NCBI GenBank assembly: GCA_017648065.1
Contig: JAGCJJ010000083.1
Span: 1 to 63,310 of the forward strand
Length of the DNA stretch: 63,310 bases
Source of the DNA: Kiritimatiellia bacterium
GTDB lineage: Bacteria > Verrucomicrobiota > Kiritimatiellia > RFP12 > UBA3636
Direction: 5' to 3'
Below are positions 9,416 through 20,017 of this stretch, one piece after another. A program made the position numbers and the translations under genes. The notes beneath the pieces are model-generated. The model did no database searches, was not told the DNA's origin, and saw nothing but the letters and a program-made list of their open reading frames with translations. Positions within the stretch are counted from its first letter, which is position 1. The number at the start of each line of letters is the position of its first letter.

Positions 9416-12400
9416 GTGTATTTACAAGCTCTTGAGATAGTCGGCTTTAAAAGCTTTGCAAATAAGACTCGGTTAGTGTTTGAACCGGGTATTACCGCTA
9501 TTGTTGGACCAAATGGATGCGGTAAGAGTAATGTTTCAGATGCAATTCGTTGGGTTCTAGGTGAGCAGAGACCTACAGAATTGCGTGGCTCTGCTATGAC
9601 AGACGTTATTTTCAATGGTACAGATTCTCGTAAACCATTAGGTATGACTGAGGTTTCTGTAACATTTGCTGATTGCGAGAAGCAGCTCGGTACTGAGTAT
9701 AATGAAGTGACAATTACTCGCCGCGTATTCCGTTCTGGCGAAGGTCAGTACTTTATTAACCGCACCCCATGCCGCTTGCGTGATATTCAGCGCTTGTTTA
9801 TGGATACCGGTGTCGGTACATCCTCTTATTCTGTTATGGCTCAGGGTCAAATTGATGCTGTTTTGTCATCTCGCCCTGAGGACCGCCGTGCAATCTTCGA
9901 AGAGGCAAGTGGTATTACTCGCTTCAGAGCTGACCGCAAGGAAGCAATGCGTAAGCTTGATCAAACAGATGCAAACTTGATGCGCTTAGGTGATGTTATC
10001 CGTGAGTTGCATCGTCAGATTGGTTCATTGCAGCGTCAAGCAGGTAAGGCTCGCCGCTATAAAGAGCTTCAAGCAGATTTACGTAAGTATGATTTGTATG
10101 TAACAATTGAGCGAATTAAAGAGCTGGATGCAAAGGCAAACAGCCTTATTGATAAGCATGACTCAATTGTTGCTTTAGTTCGTGATTTGACAGACCAAGT
10201 TGAAGCAGGCGAAGAAGCTAATGCTGCAGCTCGCGAGCAAGTAATGGAGCTTGAGCGTCAAATTGGTGTTGCAATGGAAGCATCAATGCAGGCTCAGGGT
10301 CGCCGCAATCAGGTTGTTGAATCAATCCGCATCAATGAGCAACGCATTCTTGAATATAAGCGTTGGCATGAGCGTGATAATAGTGAAATTTCAGAGACAC
10401 GTGCAACTCGTGGCATTCAGCAGGAGCGCATCGAGCAGCTTGCTGAGCAGCTTGAGGAAATCGAGGGTAAGCTTGCTGCAGCAGAGGATGTTCTAACAGC
10501 TGCTCGTGCAAACTTTGACGAGAAGCGTAGTGCTTCAGAGGCTACACGTAATGAGCTTCAGCGTCTGCGTAATGAGTCTGTTGATTTAGAGCGTACACAT
10601 GCTCGCTTGCAAAATGAACTTACTGAAGTTCAAGCAGCTGAGCGCGAGAATATTCTAAAGCGTGAAAGACTTGCTTCTGAGCTGGAGTCCGCAAAATCTA
10701 ATATTGCTTCTCTTGAGGATCGCTTAGATACAGTAAGTGGTGAGCTGGAAACTCTTAATGCAATGGTTGATGCAAATGGTGATGCTGTTTCATCAGATCA
10801 ATCAGCAATCAGCTCAATCAATGCTCAAATCCAGCAGCTTCAGCAAGCACGTGCAAGCCTTCAAGCAGATATTGCTGTGCATGAGGCACGAATCCAATTT
10901 CTTACAGATGCTGCTTCCTCTGATGCAGATACACCAAATGGCAATCGCCAGCTGACTGCAGAGAATAATCCACTTGGATTAGAGAGTGGAGCAGTGCTAG
11001 GTTCATTGGCAGAGCGCTTGTCAGCCCCAGCAGAATACAGAACTGCTCTTGAAGCTTCTTTACGTGCATGGTTGGATACAATCGTTGTTAAGGATATGGC
11101 AGTTGCAAAGCAAGCAATTGCAGCTATACTCGCTTCCGATGCACCTGCTTCAACAAGAGTTGTCGCTCTTGCCGGTGCAAATAATAATCAGATTTCAGGG
11201 GAGACTCTGCCACGACTATTGGAATGCATCACATGTACGCCAGATTTTAAGCCAGTTGCTGAGCGTTTGCTTGGTAATGTACTTGTTGTTGCAGATGTTG
11301 CAGAGCTTCCAGCAGAACTAAATCCTGCAGCAATTTATGTTACAAAGAATGGTGCCGTATTTCGTGGCAATGGCTTAGCTGAGCTTTGGGTGCCAGATTC
11401 ATCTGCGTCAAATCCTTTGGCTCGTCATATGCAAATTGAGGACGAAACAAAGCTGCTTGATGAGCTACGTGACCAATTTGATACACTTTTGAATGAGCTT
11501 GACGATTGCGAGGCAAAGCGCACACAGGTAGAGAAGCAGCTTGGTGAACATCGTGCATTGCTGGAGCAGAGCTCTCGTGCTGCTGCTCAGAAGGAAGGTG
11601 AGGAGCGCACAATTGAGCGTGATCTTGCTTCTGCACGTGCACGCTATACACAAGTAGACAGTGAGCTAAAGGCACTTGGTGCTGCAGTAGAAAATGGTTC
11701 CTCTCGCAGTAAGGAGCTTGCTGAGCGCATCAATTCTATGGCAGAGAGCCGCACTCGTATTGCTGATGCTGTTGCTGCATTTTCAACAAATGTTCATGAG
11801 GCTGAGGAAAAATTCCTTGAGGCACAAAGTGCTCTTACAGATGCTCGCTTAGCTCATGCTTCTATTACACAGCAGAATGACAACCTAAAGTCACAGTATA
11901 ACACTGGCATGATGCGTCTGACCGACTTAGACAGACTTATTGAGGGTCGTCTTGCAGGTCTGAAAGCTTATGATGACAGTATTGCTAAGCTGACAGCAGA
12001 GAATCAGCAAAATACAGATGCTCTTGATGTTCTTGAAGAGGATGTTAATGCTAAGAATGTGAAGGTTACAGAGCTACGCTCCGAGCGTACTACTCATCAA
12101 ACAGCTCTTGATCAGGCAGAGCGCATTCTTCACAATACACGTGTTGAGCTTTCAAAAACAGAAGGTGAGCGTAATCAGCTTGAGGTTTCTATTGCAGAGC
12201 AATCACTCCGTAAGCAGAATATCTATGATCGCTTGATGATTGATTGGCACCTGACACCTGAGCAGCTTGTTGCAGAACCTCCAGCAGATTGGGGAGAGGA
12301 GAATCCACCTGACTTGGCAACTGCAGAAGCTCTGATCAAGGATTTACGCCAAAAGATGGATGAGCTTGGCCCAGTAAATCTTGTTGCTATTGAAGAATAT

Positions 12401-13066
12401 CAAGAGATTGAAGAGCGCCATGCATTCCTAGTTGCCCAAGAAGCAGATTTAACAAGTGCTAAAGCTAAGCTTATTGACTTGATTAAGGAAATTGACCAAA
12501 AGTCAACTGAGATGTTTAAGGACACATTTGAAAAGGCAAATGTAAACTTCCAGACAATGTTTACACGCCTCTTCAATGGTGGTACAGCTCAGCTTTCATT
12601 GCTTGATGGTGAGGATATTCTAGAGTGCGGTATTGATATTGTTGCACGTCCACCAGGAAAGAAACCTTTGAGTGTTTCTCAGCTTTCTGGTGGTGAGCGT
12701 ACAATGACAGCGGTTGCACTTCTGTTCGCAATTTACATGATTAAGCCAAGTCCATTTGCTTTGCTTGACGAGTTGGATGCTGCGCTTGACGATTCTAACA
12801 TTGGTCGCTTCGTTGGTGCTCTTAAGGACTTCCTAGAGCTATCTCAATTCCTAATCATTACCCATAACCAGCACACAATTGCTGGTGCAGATATTGTTTA
12901 TGGTGTAACACAAGAGGAAAAGGGTATCTCTAAGATTATTTCAATGCGCTTGAAGCGTATTGGTGTTCAAGAGCTACAGGAAGAGGAGCTTCCAGAGGTT
13001 GCTGCACCACCTCCACCAAGTAAGCGTAAAATGAAGCGCTACGAGAAGCTCGGAGAAGAGGAATAA
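9416..13066 (+). CDS. smc: chromosome segregation protein SMC
   Basis: N-terminal YLQALEIVGFKSF, Walker A GPNGCGKSN, long coiled coils around a hinge, LSGGERT signature, Walker B LLDELDAALD. GTG 9416 is preceded by a GAGG RBS. The track ORF starts at TTG 9404. Confidence 0.95.
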   Translation: MYLQALEIVGFKSFANKTRLVFEPGITAIVGPNGCGKSNVSDAIRWVLGEQRPTELRGSAMTDVIFNGTDSRKPLGMTEVSVTFADCEKQLGTEYNEVTITRRVFRSGEGQYFINRTPCRLRDIQRLFMDTGVGTSSYSVMAQGQIDAVLSSRPEDRRAIFEEASGITRFRADRKEAMRKLDQTDANLMRLGDVIRELHRQIGSLQRQAGKARRYKELQADLRKYDLYVTIERIKELDAKANSLIDKHDSIVALVRDLTDQVEAGEEANAAAREQVMELERQIGVAMEASMQAQGRRNQVVESIRINEQRILEYKRWHERDNSEISETRATRGIQQERIEQLAEQLEEIEGKLAAAEDVLTAARANFDEKRSASEATRNELQRLRNESVDLERTHARLQNELTEVQAAERENILKRERLASELESAKSNIASLEDRLDTVSGELETLNAMVDANGDAVSSDQSAISSINAQIQQLQQARASLQADIAVHEARIQFLTDAASSDADTPNGNRQLTAENNPLGLESGAVLGSLAERLSAPAEYRTALEASLRAWLDTIVVKDMAVAKQAIAAILASDAPASTRVVALAGANNNQISGETLPRLLECITCTPDFKPVAERLLGNVLVVADVAELPAELNPAAIYVTKNGAVFRGNGLAELWVPDSSASNPLARHMQIEDETKLLDELRDQFDTLLNELDDCEAKRTQVEKQLGEHRALLEQSSRAAAQKEGEERTIERDLASARARYTQVDSELKALGAAVENGSSRSKELAERINSMAESRTRIADAVAAFSTNVHEAEEKFLEAQSALTDARLAHASITQQNDNLKSQYNTGMMRLTDLDRLIEGRLAGLKAYDDSIAKLTAENQQNTDALDVLEEDVNAKNVKVTELRSERTTHQTALDQAERILHNTRVELSKTEGERNQLEVSIAEQSLRKQNIYDRLMIDWHLTPEQLVAEPPADWGEENPPDLATAEALIKDLRQKMDELGPVNLVAIEEYQEIEERHAFLVAQEADLTSAKAKLIDLIKEIDQKSTEMFKDTFEKANVNFQTMFTRLFNGGTAQLSLLDGEDILECGIDIVARPPGKKPLSVSQLSGGERTMTAVALLFAIYMIKPSPFALLDELDAALDDSNIGRFVGALKDFLELSQFLIITHNQHTIAGADIVYGVTQEEKGISKIISMRLKRIGVQELQEEELPEVAAPPPPSKRKMKRYEKLGEEE

Positions 13067-13093
13067 TTTTTAATTTAATATATAAAGGATAAT

Positions 13094-13348
13094 ATGAGTG
13101 TATTTGAAATTGGTATGCTTGTTGCATTTGGTTTTAGTTGGCCAATAAGCATTATAAAAACATTACGTGCAAAGCGTGTTTCAGGAAAAAGCCCATTGTT
13201 TTTGGTAATCATAATGCTTGGCTATGTGTCAGGTATCTTACATAAGATATTCTATGCTTATGATTTTGTGCTTTGGCTTTATGTTCTTAACCTATTGATG
13301 GTTGGCTTTGATTTGCTACTTTATCTACACTACAGAAAGCAAGACTAA
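13094..13348 (+). CDS. small 3-TM membrane protein, SemiSWEET/PQ-loop-like
   Basis: 84 aa with three hydrophobic helices. A Pro in TM1 is followed by a basic loop (WPISIIKTLRAKRVSGKS), as in PQ-loop proteins. The comparison is by eye only. Confidence 0.45.
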   Translation: MSVFEIGMLVAFGFSWPISIIKTLRAKRVSGKSPLFLVIIMLGYVSGILHKIFYAYDFVLWLYVLNLLMVGFDLLLYLHYRKQD

Positions 13349-13363
13349 TAGGGACGGTGTAGA

Positions 13364-14110
13364 ATGAATTTATTCGCAATCAAGCGCGTTGATGAACTTC
13401 TAAAGCAAGGAACAAAGAAACCATTTTGTCATGTTTCTGAATTCGTTGATTTTGCTGAATTAGGAGAACGTACAAAGTCCGGCGAAATCAAGCGCGTTAT
13501 TCTTTATGTTCGTCATAGCGAGCGCCCACCAATTGAGGTTGATGATCCAACCTTTGGTGCAAATCTTGGCCTAACAGAGGATGGCGTCAAGCTCTGCAAA
13601 GAGGTTGGTGCCGCACTGCGTGATATCCCAGATTTGCAGGCATATGCCAGCCCAGCTCGCCGCACCATATTAACAGCAGAAGAAATTCTTTCTGCCTATG
13701 GTATAGAGAACCCAAATGTGGCAGAGTCTAAGGAGATTGGTCTTGCTGGATTATATACATCAAACAGCAAGATTCTTCACGAATCTTATTTTAAGCGTGG
13801 TAGTGTAGAGGTAAATGATGCCTACAATAATGGCGATGCTGTGGCAGGGTACATTCCTCGCGATGATGCAGCAATGGCTATGTTTAACTATCTTGTAGGA
13901 CCAGAGTTAAGTGGTAACCTTTTAATGGTCAGCCATGATGTGTTTATCGCTGCATTTATGTCTTCTCTTTCAAATAATGGCTGGGGATTAAGCACAAAGA
14001 ATTGGGTAGGTTTCATTCAAGGTGCTGCTTTGACATTAGAATTTGATGGTTGGCACATGTATCGTGTAGTTCCGAATAAGGTTGCTGCACAAAGCATATT
14101 CATTCAGTAA
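13364..14110 (+). CDS. histidine phosphatase family protein
   Basis: RHSER catalytic motif (YVRHSERPP) and a later SHD histidine (LLMVSHDVF). Confidence 0.7.
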   Translation: MNLFAIKRVDELLKQGTKKPFCHVSEFVDFAELGERTKSGEIKRVILYVRHSERPPIEVDDPTFGANLGLTEDGVKLCKEVGAALRDIPDLQAYASPARRTILTAEEILSAYGIENPNVAESKEIGLAGLYTSNSKILHESYFKRGSVEVNDAYNNGDAVAGYIPRDDAAMAMFNYLVGPELSGNLLMVSHDVFIAAFMSSLSNNGWGLSTKNWVGFIQGAALTLEFDGWHMYRVVPNKVAAQSIFIQ

Positions 14111-14163
14111 TGAATTGTTAATTGCATAAACCTGCTAATCGATAAAATTAAGGACTGATTTTT

Positions 14164-14415
14164 ATGCCAGTATATCACTACGAACCAAAGGAAGAAAACA
14201 CAGGTTGCGAGTTTTGTCGTGATGGATTTGATTATACTCAATCCATTAAGGATGACAAACTGACTCAGTGTCCAGAGTGTGGCTGTGAGATAGTTAAGAC
14301 ACCAGTCGCAGCAGCAATTGGCCGCTCACAATCATGCTTTGATGATAGAGCAAAGGCAGCAGGTTTTTCTAAACTGAAGAAAATTGGTACTGGTGAGTAC
14401 GAAAAACAATACTAA
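14164..14415 (+). CDS. FmdB-family zinc-ribbon protein
   Basis: The MPVYHYEP start and two Cys pairs (CEFC ... CPECG) are typical of the FmdB/CxxC_CxxC_SSSS family. Confidence 0.7.
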   Translation: MPVYHYEPKEENTGCEFCRDGFDYTQSIKDDKLTQCPECGCEIVKTPVAAAIGRSQSCFDDRAKAAGFSKLKKIGTGEYEKQY

Positions 14416-14431
14416 AAAGGGGTAAAAAATT

Positions 14432-15313
14432 ATGAAGGGAATAGTTTTAGCAGGTGGTTCAGGTACACGCTTACATCCAATTACTCTTGCAGTAAGTAAG
14501 CAACTTCTTCCAATTTATGATAAGCCAATGATTTATTATCCAATTTCTGTTCTTATGCTAGCAGGAATTAAAGAAATTCTAATTATTAGCACACCTCATG
14601 ATTTACCTCTTTTTAAGCATTTATTAGGCGATGGTTCACAGTTTGGTGTAAGCTTCTCATATTGTGAGCAGCCAAGCCCAGATGGCCTTGCACAAGCATT
14701 TATCTTAGGTGAAAGCTTCCTTGATGGTGATTCAGCAGCACTTGTGCTTGGTGATAACATTTTCTTTGGAAATGATTTTAAGAAAACAGTCTGTGAAGCA
14801 GCTAAACAAGCAGAGAATGGAGCTTGTGTATTTGGCTATCAAGTAGCAGATCCAGAGCGTTATGGTGTGGTAGAATTTGATAAATCAGGAAAAGTTATTG
14901 GTATTGAAGAAAAGCCTGCTCAACCTAAATCAAATTATGCAGTTCCTGGTTTGTATTTCTACGATAATAATGTTTGCGAATATGCTAAAGCACTTAAGCC
15001 ATCACCTCGTGGTGAACTTGAAATTACAGATTTAAATCTTGAGTATTTGAAGCGTGGAAAACTTCGTGTTCAGTTGTTTAGCCGTGGTATTGCTTGGTTG
15101 GACACCGGTACATATGGCTCTTTGCTTGAGGCTTCTAACTACGTAGAGACAATTCAAAATCGCCAAGGCCTTCAAATTGCTTGTCTTGAAGAAATTGCTT
15201 ACCGTCAAGGCTTTATTACTGCTGATCAGTTGCGTGAGCAGGGTGAGAAGATGAAAAAGAATGCCTATGGAAAATATTTAATTAATGTTGCAGAGGGAAA
15301 ATATGACATTTGA
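14432..15313 (+). CDS. rfbA: glucose-1-phosphate thymidylyltransferase
   Basis: [34 protein letters not shown] and the 293-aa length match RmlA. Confidence 0.95.
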   Translation: MKGIVLAGGSGTRLHPITLAVSKQLLPIYDKPMIYYPISVLMLAGIKEILIISTPHDLPLFKHLLGDGSQFGVSFSYCEQPSPDGLAQAFILGESFLDGDSAALVLGDNIFFGNDFKKTVCEAAKQAENGACVFGYQVADPERYGVVEFDKSGKVIGIEEKPAQPKSNYAVPGLYFYDNNVCEYAKALKPSPRGELEITDLNLEYLKRGKLRVQLFSRGIAWLDTGTYGSLLEASNYVETIQNRQGLQIACLEEIAYRQGFITADQLREQGEKMKKNAYGKYLINVAEGKYDI

Positions 15314-15848
15314 GACAACAGATATTAAGGATGTTCTTATTATTCGTCCAAAAACATATCTAGATTCCAGAGGCTATTTTAGAGAACTTACTCGAACAAA
15401 TATTCTTGCAGAGAATGGAATTACAGAAGCATTTGTGCAAACAAATAATTCTTTTTCAACAAAAGGGGTTATTCGTGGAATGCATTATCAGCTAAAGAAT
15501 GCACAATCAAAGCTTGTTTGTGCAACATATGGTGAAATTTACGATGTGATTATTGATCTTCGTAAAGATTCACCAACCTTTGGTAAGTGGGTAGGTGTAA
15601 ATCTTTCTGCTGAACGTGGTGAGTTGTTATATGTTCCAAAAGGCTTTGCTCATGGTTTTCAGGTGCTGAGTGATTTTGCTTCAGTTGTGTATCAATGCAG
15701 CGATTATTTTACACCTACTGATGAATATGGTATCAATTGCTTTTCAAAAGCATTGGGAATTGATTGGAAGGACATTCCATGCGTAATGTCTGATAAGGAT
15801 AAACTTCTTCCAGAATTTTCTGATGTTACGGAAAAACTCTTATTCTGA
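15303..15848 (+). CDS. rfbC: dTDP-4-dehydrorhamnose 3,5-epimerase
   Basis: Cupin fold with RGMHYQ and GFAHGF motifs. ATG 15303 has a GAGGGA RBS and overlaps the rfbA stop by 11 nt. Confidence 0.9.
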   Translation: MTFETTDIKDVLIIRPKTYLDSRGYFRELTRTNILAENGITEAFVQTNNSFSTKGVIRGMHYQLKNAQSKLVCATYGEIYDVIIDLRKDSPTFGKWVGVNLSAERGELLYVPKGFAHGFQVLSDFASVVYQCSDYFTPTDEYGINCFSKALGIDWKDIPCVMSDKDKLLPEFSDVTEKLLF

Positions 15849-15877
15849 TAATTTTTTACATTTTTATAAGTAAGTAG

Positions 15878-15935
15878 AACCGAAGATGTGAATAGGATAT
15901 AATCCTAATTTGTATCTTCGGTTTTATTTTATTTC
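15878..15935 (+). terminator. intrinsic terminator after rfbC
   Basis: Stem aaccgaagat / atcttcggtt (15878-15887 / 15914-15923) followed by ttatttt. The loop is long. Confidence 0.5.
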
Positions 15936-16010
15936 GAAGATTTAAGTTTCAAACTTTTTCAATAGCTAAATTTTGGTTTATATGAATGCTTTAATGAAAT
16001 TTACGTTTTG

Positions 16011-16079
16011 GTTGTGAAAATGTATGTAGATTGCAAAACTAAATGCACCAAAAGAGGTGCATTTACTTTTGCAAATTAC
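16011..16079 (+). repeat. left boundary element: 15-nt X box plus 54-nt palindromic element R
   Basis: gttgtgaaaatgtat (16011-16025), then gtagattgcaaaactaaatgcaccaaaagaggtgcatttacttttgcaaattac (16026-16079). Arms 16033-16049 and 16056-16072 form a 17-bp stem with one mismatch. The element recurs at 29546-29656. Confidence 0.85.
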
Positions 16080-16263
16080 AAATTATGCAATTTTCCTTAT
16101 AGTTTTTTCTTGCAAAAGATATCTAGGATAGTTTAATATATGAACGAGTTGTAGTTTTATGCTACTTTAAGTCTTTAGTTATAGTGTACTTTTAGTTTTT
16201 AGATTTCATGTCTATTCAATCTTTTGGTAAAAGAGAAAATATATTTAAATATGGTAGTGAAAA

Positions 16264-17265
16264 ATGCCTAGAGTATCAGTTGTGATGCCTGTTTTTAATA
16301 CGAAAACAGAATATTTTAAAGAATCAATAAATAGTATTCTTGGTCAGTCTTTTAACGATTTTGAATTATTGATTATTGATAATGGCTCTGATTGTTATGT
16401 TGCAGATATAGTTAAAAGTTATAGCGATAAAAAAATTAAATATTTTAAATTTGAAAAAAATCAAGGGCCAGCTATTGCGCGTAATAAAGGGATTGATGAA
16501 GCCGAAGGTGAATATATTGCATTCATTGATTCTGATGATATTTCTTTGTCCCAGAGATTAGAAAAACAGGTAGAATTTTTAGATAATAATTTTGATGTAG
16601 GTTGTTTAGGAACTGCATTTGAAGTTATATGTGAAAATCCTAATAAAATGCGACGATTTAACTCTCTTAGAGAACATTTTGAAATTGAGTGCTATTTGGT
16701 TTTTACTGGTTGTACTTTATGCCAAAGTTCAATTATGATAAGAAAATCTATTTTAGATAAATGTAATATACGTTATAGACCGGAATGGGTTCCGTCAGAA
16801 GATTATGGTCTTTTTATAGATTTAGTAGGCAAAACAAAATTTAAAGTTCTTGATGATATTTTGGTAAAATATCGTTTGCATCGCGATAGTACATCTAATT
16901 TATATAAAAAAGAACAAAGAGAAGAAAGTAAAATAATACAAGCGTTTGCAATTAATAAGTATTGTAATATGTCTACTAAGAATAAGAAACTTTTCTCTCG
17001 ATTTATTTTAGATGGTAATCTTAAAAAAAGGGAATTGGTTGAACTTGCCGGTGTAATAAATGATTTGATTACATATTTGTGTGACCATGGTTGTCCTAAA
17101 AATGATGTTATGTATGCGTTAAAGAGAAAGATAAAAAATGTATACTATCACACTCGTTCTTTTCGTGGTCAATGGAATTTAATGGTGTCTCCTATAAATA
17201 AAATCTTTAATCTTTCGCTATTTTGGCGTTTAATGTGTTTAACAACAAGAGGAATTTTCAAATGA
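16264..17265 (+). CDS. glycosyltransferase family 2
   Basis: VSVVMPVFNTKTEYFKESINSILGQS, IIDNGS and the DSDD motif. Confidence 0.85.
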   Translation: MPRVSVVMPVFNTKTEYFKESINSILGQSFNDFELLIIDNGSDCYVADIVKSYSDKKIKYFKFEKNQGPAIARNKGIDEAEGEYIAFIDSDDISLSQRLEKQVEFLDNNFDVGCLGTAFEVICENPNKMRRFNSLREHFEIECYLVFTGCTLCQSSIMIRKSILDKCNIRYRPEWVPSEDYGLFIDLVGKTKFKVLDDILVKYRLHRDSTSNLYKKEQREESKIIQAFAINKYCNMSTKNKKLFSRFILDGNLKKRELVELAGVINDLITYLCDHGCPKNDVMYALKRKIKNVYYHTRSFRGQWNLMVSPINKIFNLSLFWRLMCLTTRGIFK

Positions 17266-18044
17266 AAACACTTATATTAGCAGGAGGTCTCGGAACAAGA
17301 CTAGGTGAAGAAACTAGCGTAAAACCAAAGCCTATGGTAGAAATAGGAGGATTTCCTATTTTATGGCATATAATGAAAATTTACTCTACTTTTGGTTTTA
17401 ATGATTTTGTGATATTGACAGGATATAAGCAAGAAGTGATTAAAAATTACTTTGTTAATTATTACATGAATAATTCAGATATCACTGTTGATTTATCAAC
17501 AAACGCTGTTGAAGTACATCAAACAAGATGTGTTCCATTTAAGGTTACGATGTTATATACAGGACAAAATACACTTACAGCAGGAAGGATTAAACATGCT
17601 CAAGATTTTATTGGGAATGAGCGGTTTATGTTAACTTATGGTGATGGTATTGGTAATGTTAATATCAATGAGTTAATTAGGTGTCACGAACAATCTGGTA
17701 AATTATGCACATTAACTTCTCATCAGCCTGAAGGAAGATTTGGCGCTTTGGCCATTAAAGAAGATGGAATGATTGAAAACTTCTTAGAGAAACCGAAAGA
17801 AAGTGGAATTTGGATTAATGCAGGTTTCTTTGTATGTGAGCCTGAAATTTTTAACTATATTGAAGGTGATGGAATAAATATGATGTGGGAACATGACCCT
17901 TTAAGAAAATTAGCGCGAGATGGACAGCTAAACGCTTACAAGCATCATGGATTTTGGCGTCCTATGGACATGCTAAAAGATAAAGAAGATCTTAATAAAA
18001 TGTGGTCTAATAATACAGCTCCATGGAAGGTTTGGAATGACTAA
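17262..18044 (+). CDS. rfbF: glucose-1-phosphate cytidylyltransferase
   Basis: MKTLILAGGLGTRLGEETSVKPKPMVEIGGFPILWHIMKIY is near-collinear with Salmonella RfbF. ATG 17262 overlaps the GT2 stop (ATGA) and has an AGAGGA RBS. Confidence 0.9.
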   Translation: MKTLILAGGLGTRLGEETSVKPKPMVEIGGFPILWHIMKIYSTFGFNDFVILTGYKQEVIKNYFVNYYMNNSDITVDLSTNAVEVHQTRCVPFKVTMLYTGQNTLTAGRIKHAQDFIGNERFMLTYGDGIGNVNINELIRCHEQSGKLCTLTSHQPEGRFGALAIKEDGMIENFLEKPKESGIWINAGFFVCEPEIFNYIEGDGINMMWEHDPLRKLARDGQLNAYKHHGFWRPMDMLKDKEDLNKMWSNNTAPWKVWND

Positions 18045-18945
18045 TTTAAAAAAAGTATTAGTAACAGGTGGGACAGGTTTTATAGGTCATAATGTTGTTA
18101 ATGAGTTAATTCAACGAGGTTATGAAGTTCATTCTCTCGTTTTCCCACCATTTATGCCAGAGCAACCTAATTTAATTCAGTATGAAATGAATTTAATGGA
18201 TACGGAGGCATTAAAGAGTTTTTTTATCGACCATCGGTTTGAAAGTCTTATTCATCTTGCTTGGTATGTTGGACCTAAATGTCATGTTCATGATTTGAAT
18301 ATGGATTGGTTGATTAGCACATTAAATTTATTAAAATATTTTAAAGAACAAGGTGGTAAGGTGTTTTTAGGGGCAGGAACATGTTCTGAATATGAATATA
18401 AATACGGATATTTATTGGAAGAAGAGACACCTACAGATACTAAGACACTATATGGAAATAGTAAAAATGCTATCTATAACGTAGCAAAAGTATTTTGTAA
18501 ACAAAATGATATTGCATTTAAGTGGCCAAGAATCTTTAATTTATATGGTCCACATGAAAAGCCTCAACGTTTAATGCCTTTTGTAATCAACTCTTGCATA
18601 AATGGAGAAGATGTTAAAGTTAGTGACTGCGTTAAATTTCAAGATTATCTTCATGTAGAAGATACTGCAAGAGGTATTGTAGATGTTTTTGAAAGTGATT
18701 TACAAGGTGCTGTTAATATTTGTTCTGGACAACCAGTTCAATTAAAAACAATTGTAAATAAAATTGCTGAAATTACAAATTTTCATGGGAAAATTCTCTG
18801 GGGAGCTATTCCTGCAGCATTTGGTGATGATTTGGTAGTTGGCAATAATGAAAAACTTAAATCAATTGGCTGGAGACCAAAATATACATTAGAAGAAGGT
18901 CTTCGTCAAACAATTAACTGGTGGAAGGAACATAAAAATGTATAA
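18037..18945 (+). CDS. NAD-dependent epimerase/dehydratase (SDR), probable CDP-4-keto-6-deoxyhexose reductase/epimerase
   Basis: VTGGTGFIGHNV Rossmann motif and a YGNSK catalytic Y-x3-K. It overlaps both rfbF and rfbG. Confidence 0.7.
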   Translation: MTNLKKVLVTGGTGFIGHNVVNELIQRGYEVHSLVFPPFMPEQPNLIQYEMNLMDTEALKSFFIDHRFESLIHLAWYVGPKCHVHDLNMDWLISTLNLLKYFKEQGGKVFLGAGTCSEYEYKYGYLLEEETPTDTKTLYGNSKNAIYNVAKVFCKQNDIAFKWPRIFNLYGPHEKPQRLMPFVINSCINGEDVKVSDCVKFQDYLHVEDTARGIVDVFESDLQGAVNICSGQPVQLKTIVNKIAEITNFHGKILWGAIPAAFGDDLVVGNNEKLKSIGWRPKYTLEEGLRQTINWWKEHKNV

Positions 18946-20017
18946 TACTGTTTATGAAGGAAAAACAGTCTTAGTAACAGGTCATACAGGATTTAAAGGA
19001 TCTTGGCTCTCAATTTGGTTGACACATATGGGAGCAAATGTTGTAGGTTATTCATTAGATCCTTATTCTAATAAAGGTAATTTTGGCGCATCTCATTTGC
19101 ATGATAAACTTTATGCTGATGTTCGTGGTGATACCCGTGATTTGGTTCATCTAGACGAGGTTGTAAAAAAATATCAACCAGAGATAGTGTTTCATTTGGC
19201 TGCACAAGCTCTTGTTCGTACATCTTATGAACAACCAAGAGAAACTTTTGAAACAAATATTATGGGCAGCCTTAATGTAATGGAAGTTATGCGTAATAAT
19301 GATTGTCTCAAAACAGCTATAATGATTACTTCCGATAAATGTTATGAAAATGTTGAGCAGATATGGGGATATAAAGAGACAGATCGCATGGGAGGCGAAG
19401 ATCCTTATTCAGCCTCCAAAGGTTGTACCGAATTGATGCTTCACGCATATCGTCAGTCTTTTTTCAATCCTGAAAAATATGCTGTTCATGGTAAAGCTGT
19501 TGCCATTGTTAGAGCTGGTAATGTTATTGGCGGTGGAGATTGGTCGGATAATCGTTTGATCCCTGATTGTATCCGTTTCATCGAGGCTGGTAAACCTATT
19601 GAAATTAGAAATCCAATTGCAACTCGTCCTTGGGAACACGTTTTAGAGCCTTTGTCAGGATATCTCAAGGTTGGCCAAAAATTGTTGGAAGATCCTGTAA
19701 AATATGCTACAGCGTTTAACTTTGGACCTCATATTTCAGCTAACAAGACTGTTTTAGAAGTTACCCGTCGTTTGGTTGAATATTATGGTAAAGGCGAAGT
19801 TGTAGATGCATCAGATCCTAATGCTGTACATGAAAATACATTGCTTAATTTGGATGTTACCAAAGCTTATGTAATGTTACAGTGGGAAGCTAAGTGGGGT
19901 TTACAAGAAATGATTGAAAAGACTGTAGATTGGTATAAAGAAGCTCTCACTTCTGATGATATGTGGGATTTTTGTGTAAAACAAATTTTAGATCATGGAG
20001 AACATCTTGCCAAATAA
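18938..20017 (+). CDS. rfbG: CDP-glucose 4,6-dehydratase
   Basis: VLVTGHTGFKGSWLSIWL, YSASK, and a 359-aa length typical of RfbG. Confidence 0.9.
   Translation: MYNTVYEGKTVLVTGHTGFKGSWLSIWLTHMGANVVGYSLDPYSNKGNFGASHLHDKLYADVRGDTRDLVHLDEVVKKYQPEIVFHLAAQALVRTSYEQPRETFETNIMGSLNVMEVMRNNDCLKTAIMITSDKCYENVEQIWGYKETDRMGGEDPYSASKGCTELMLHAYRQSFFNPEKYAVHGKAVAIVRAGNVIGGGDWSDNRLIPDCIRFIEAGKPIEIRNPIATRPWEHVLEPLSGYLKVGQKLLEDPVKYATAFNFGPHISANKTVLEVTRRLVEYYGKGEVVDASDPNAVHENTLLNLDVTKAYVMLQWEAKWGLQEMIEKTVDWYKEALTSDDMWDFCVKQILDHGEHLAK

Noticed and set aside
9638-11675. Multiple 60-110-aa ORFs in other frames or on the other strand within smc
   Set aside because: They are embedded in a 1216-codon gene with intact SMC motifs. 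None has its own start context.
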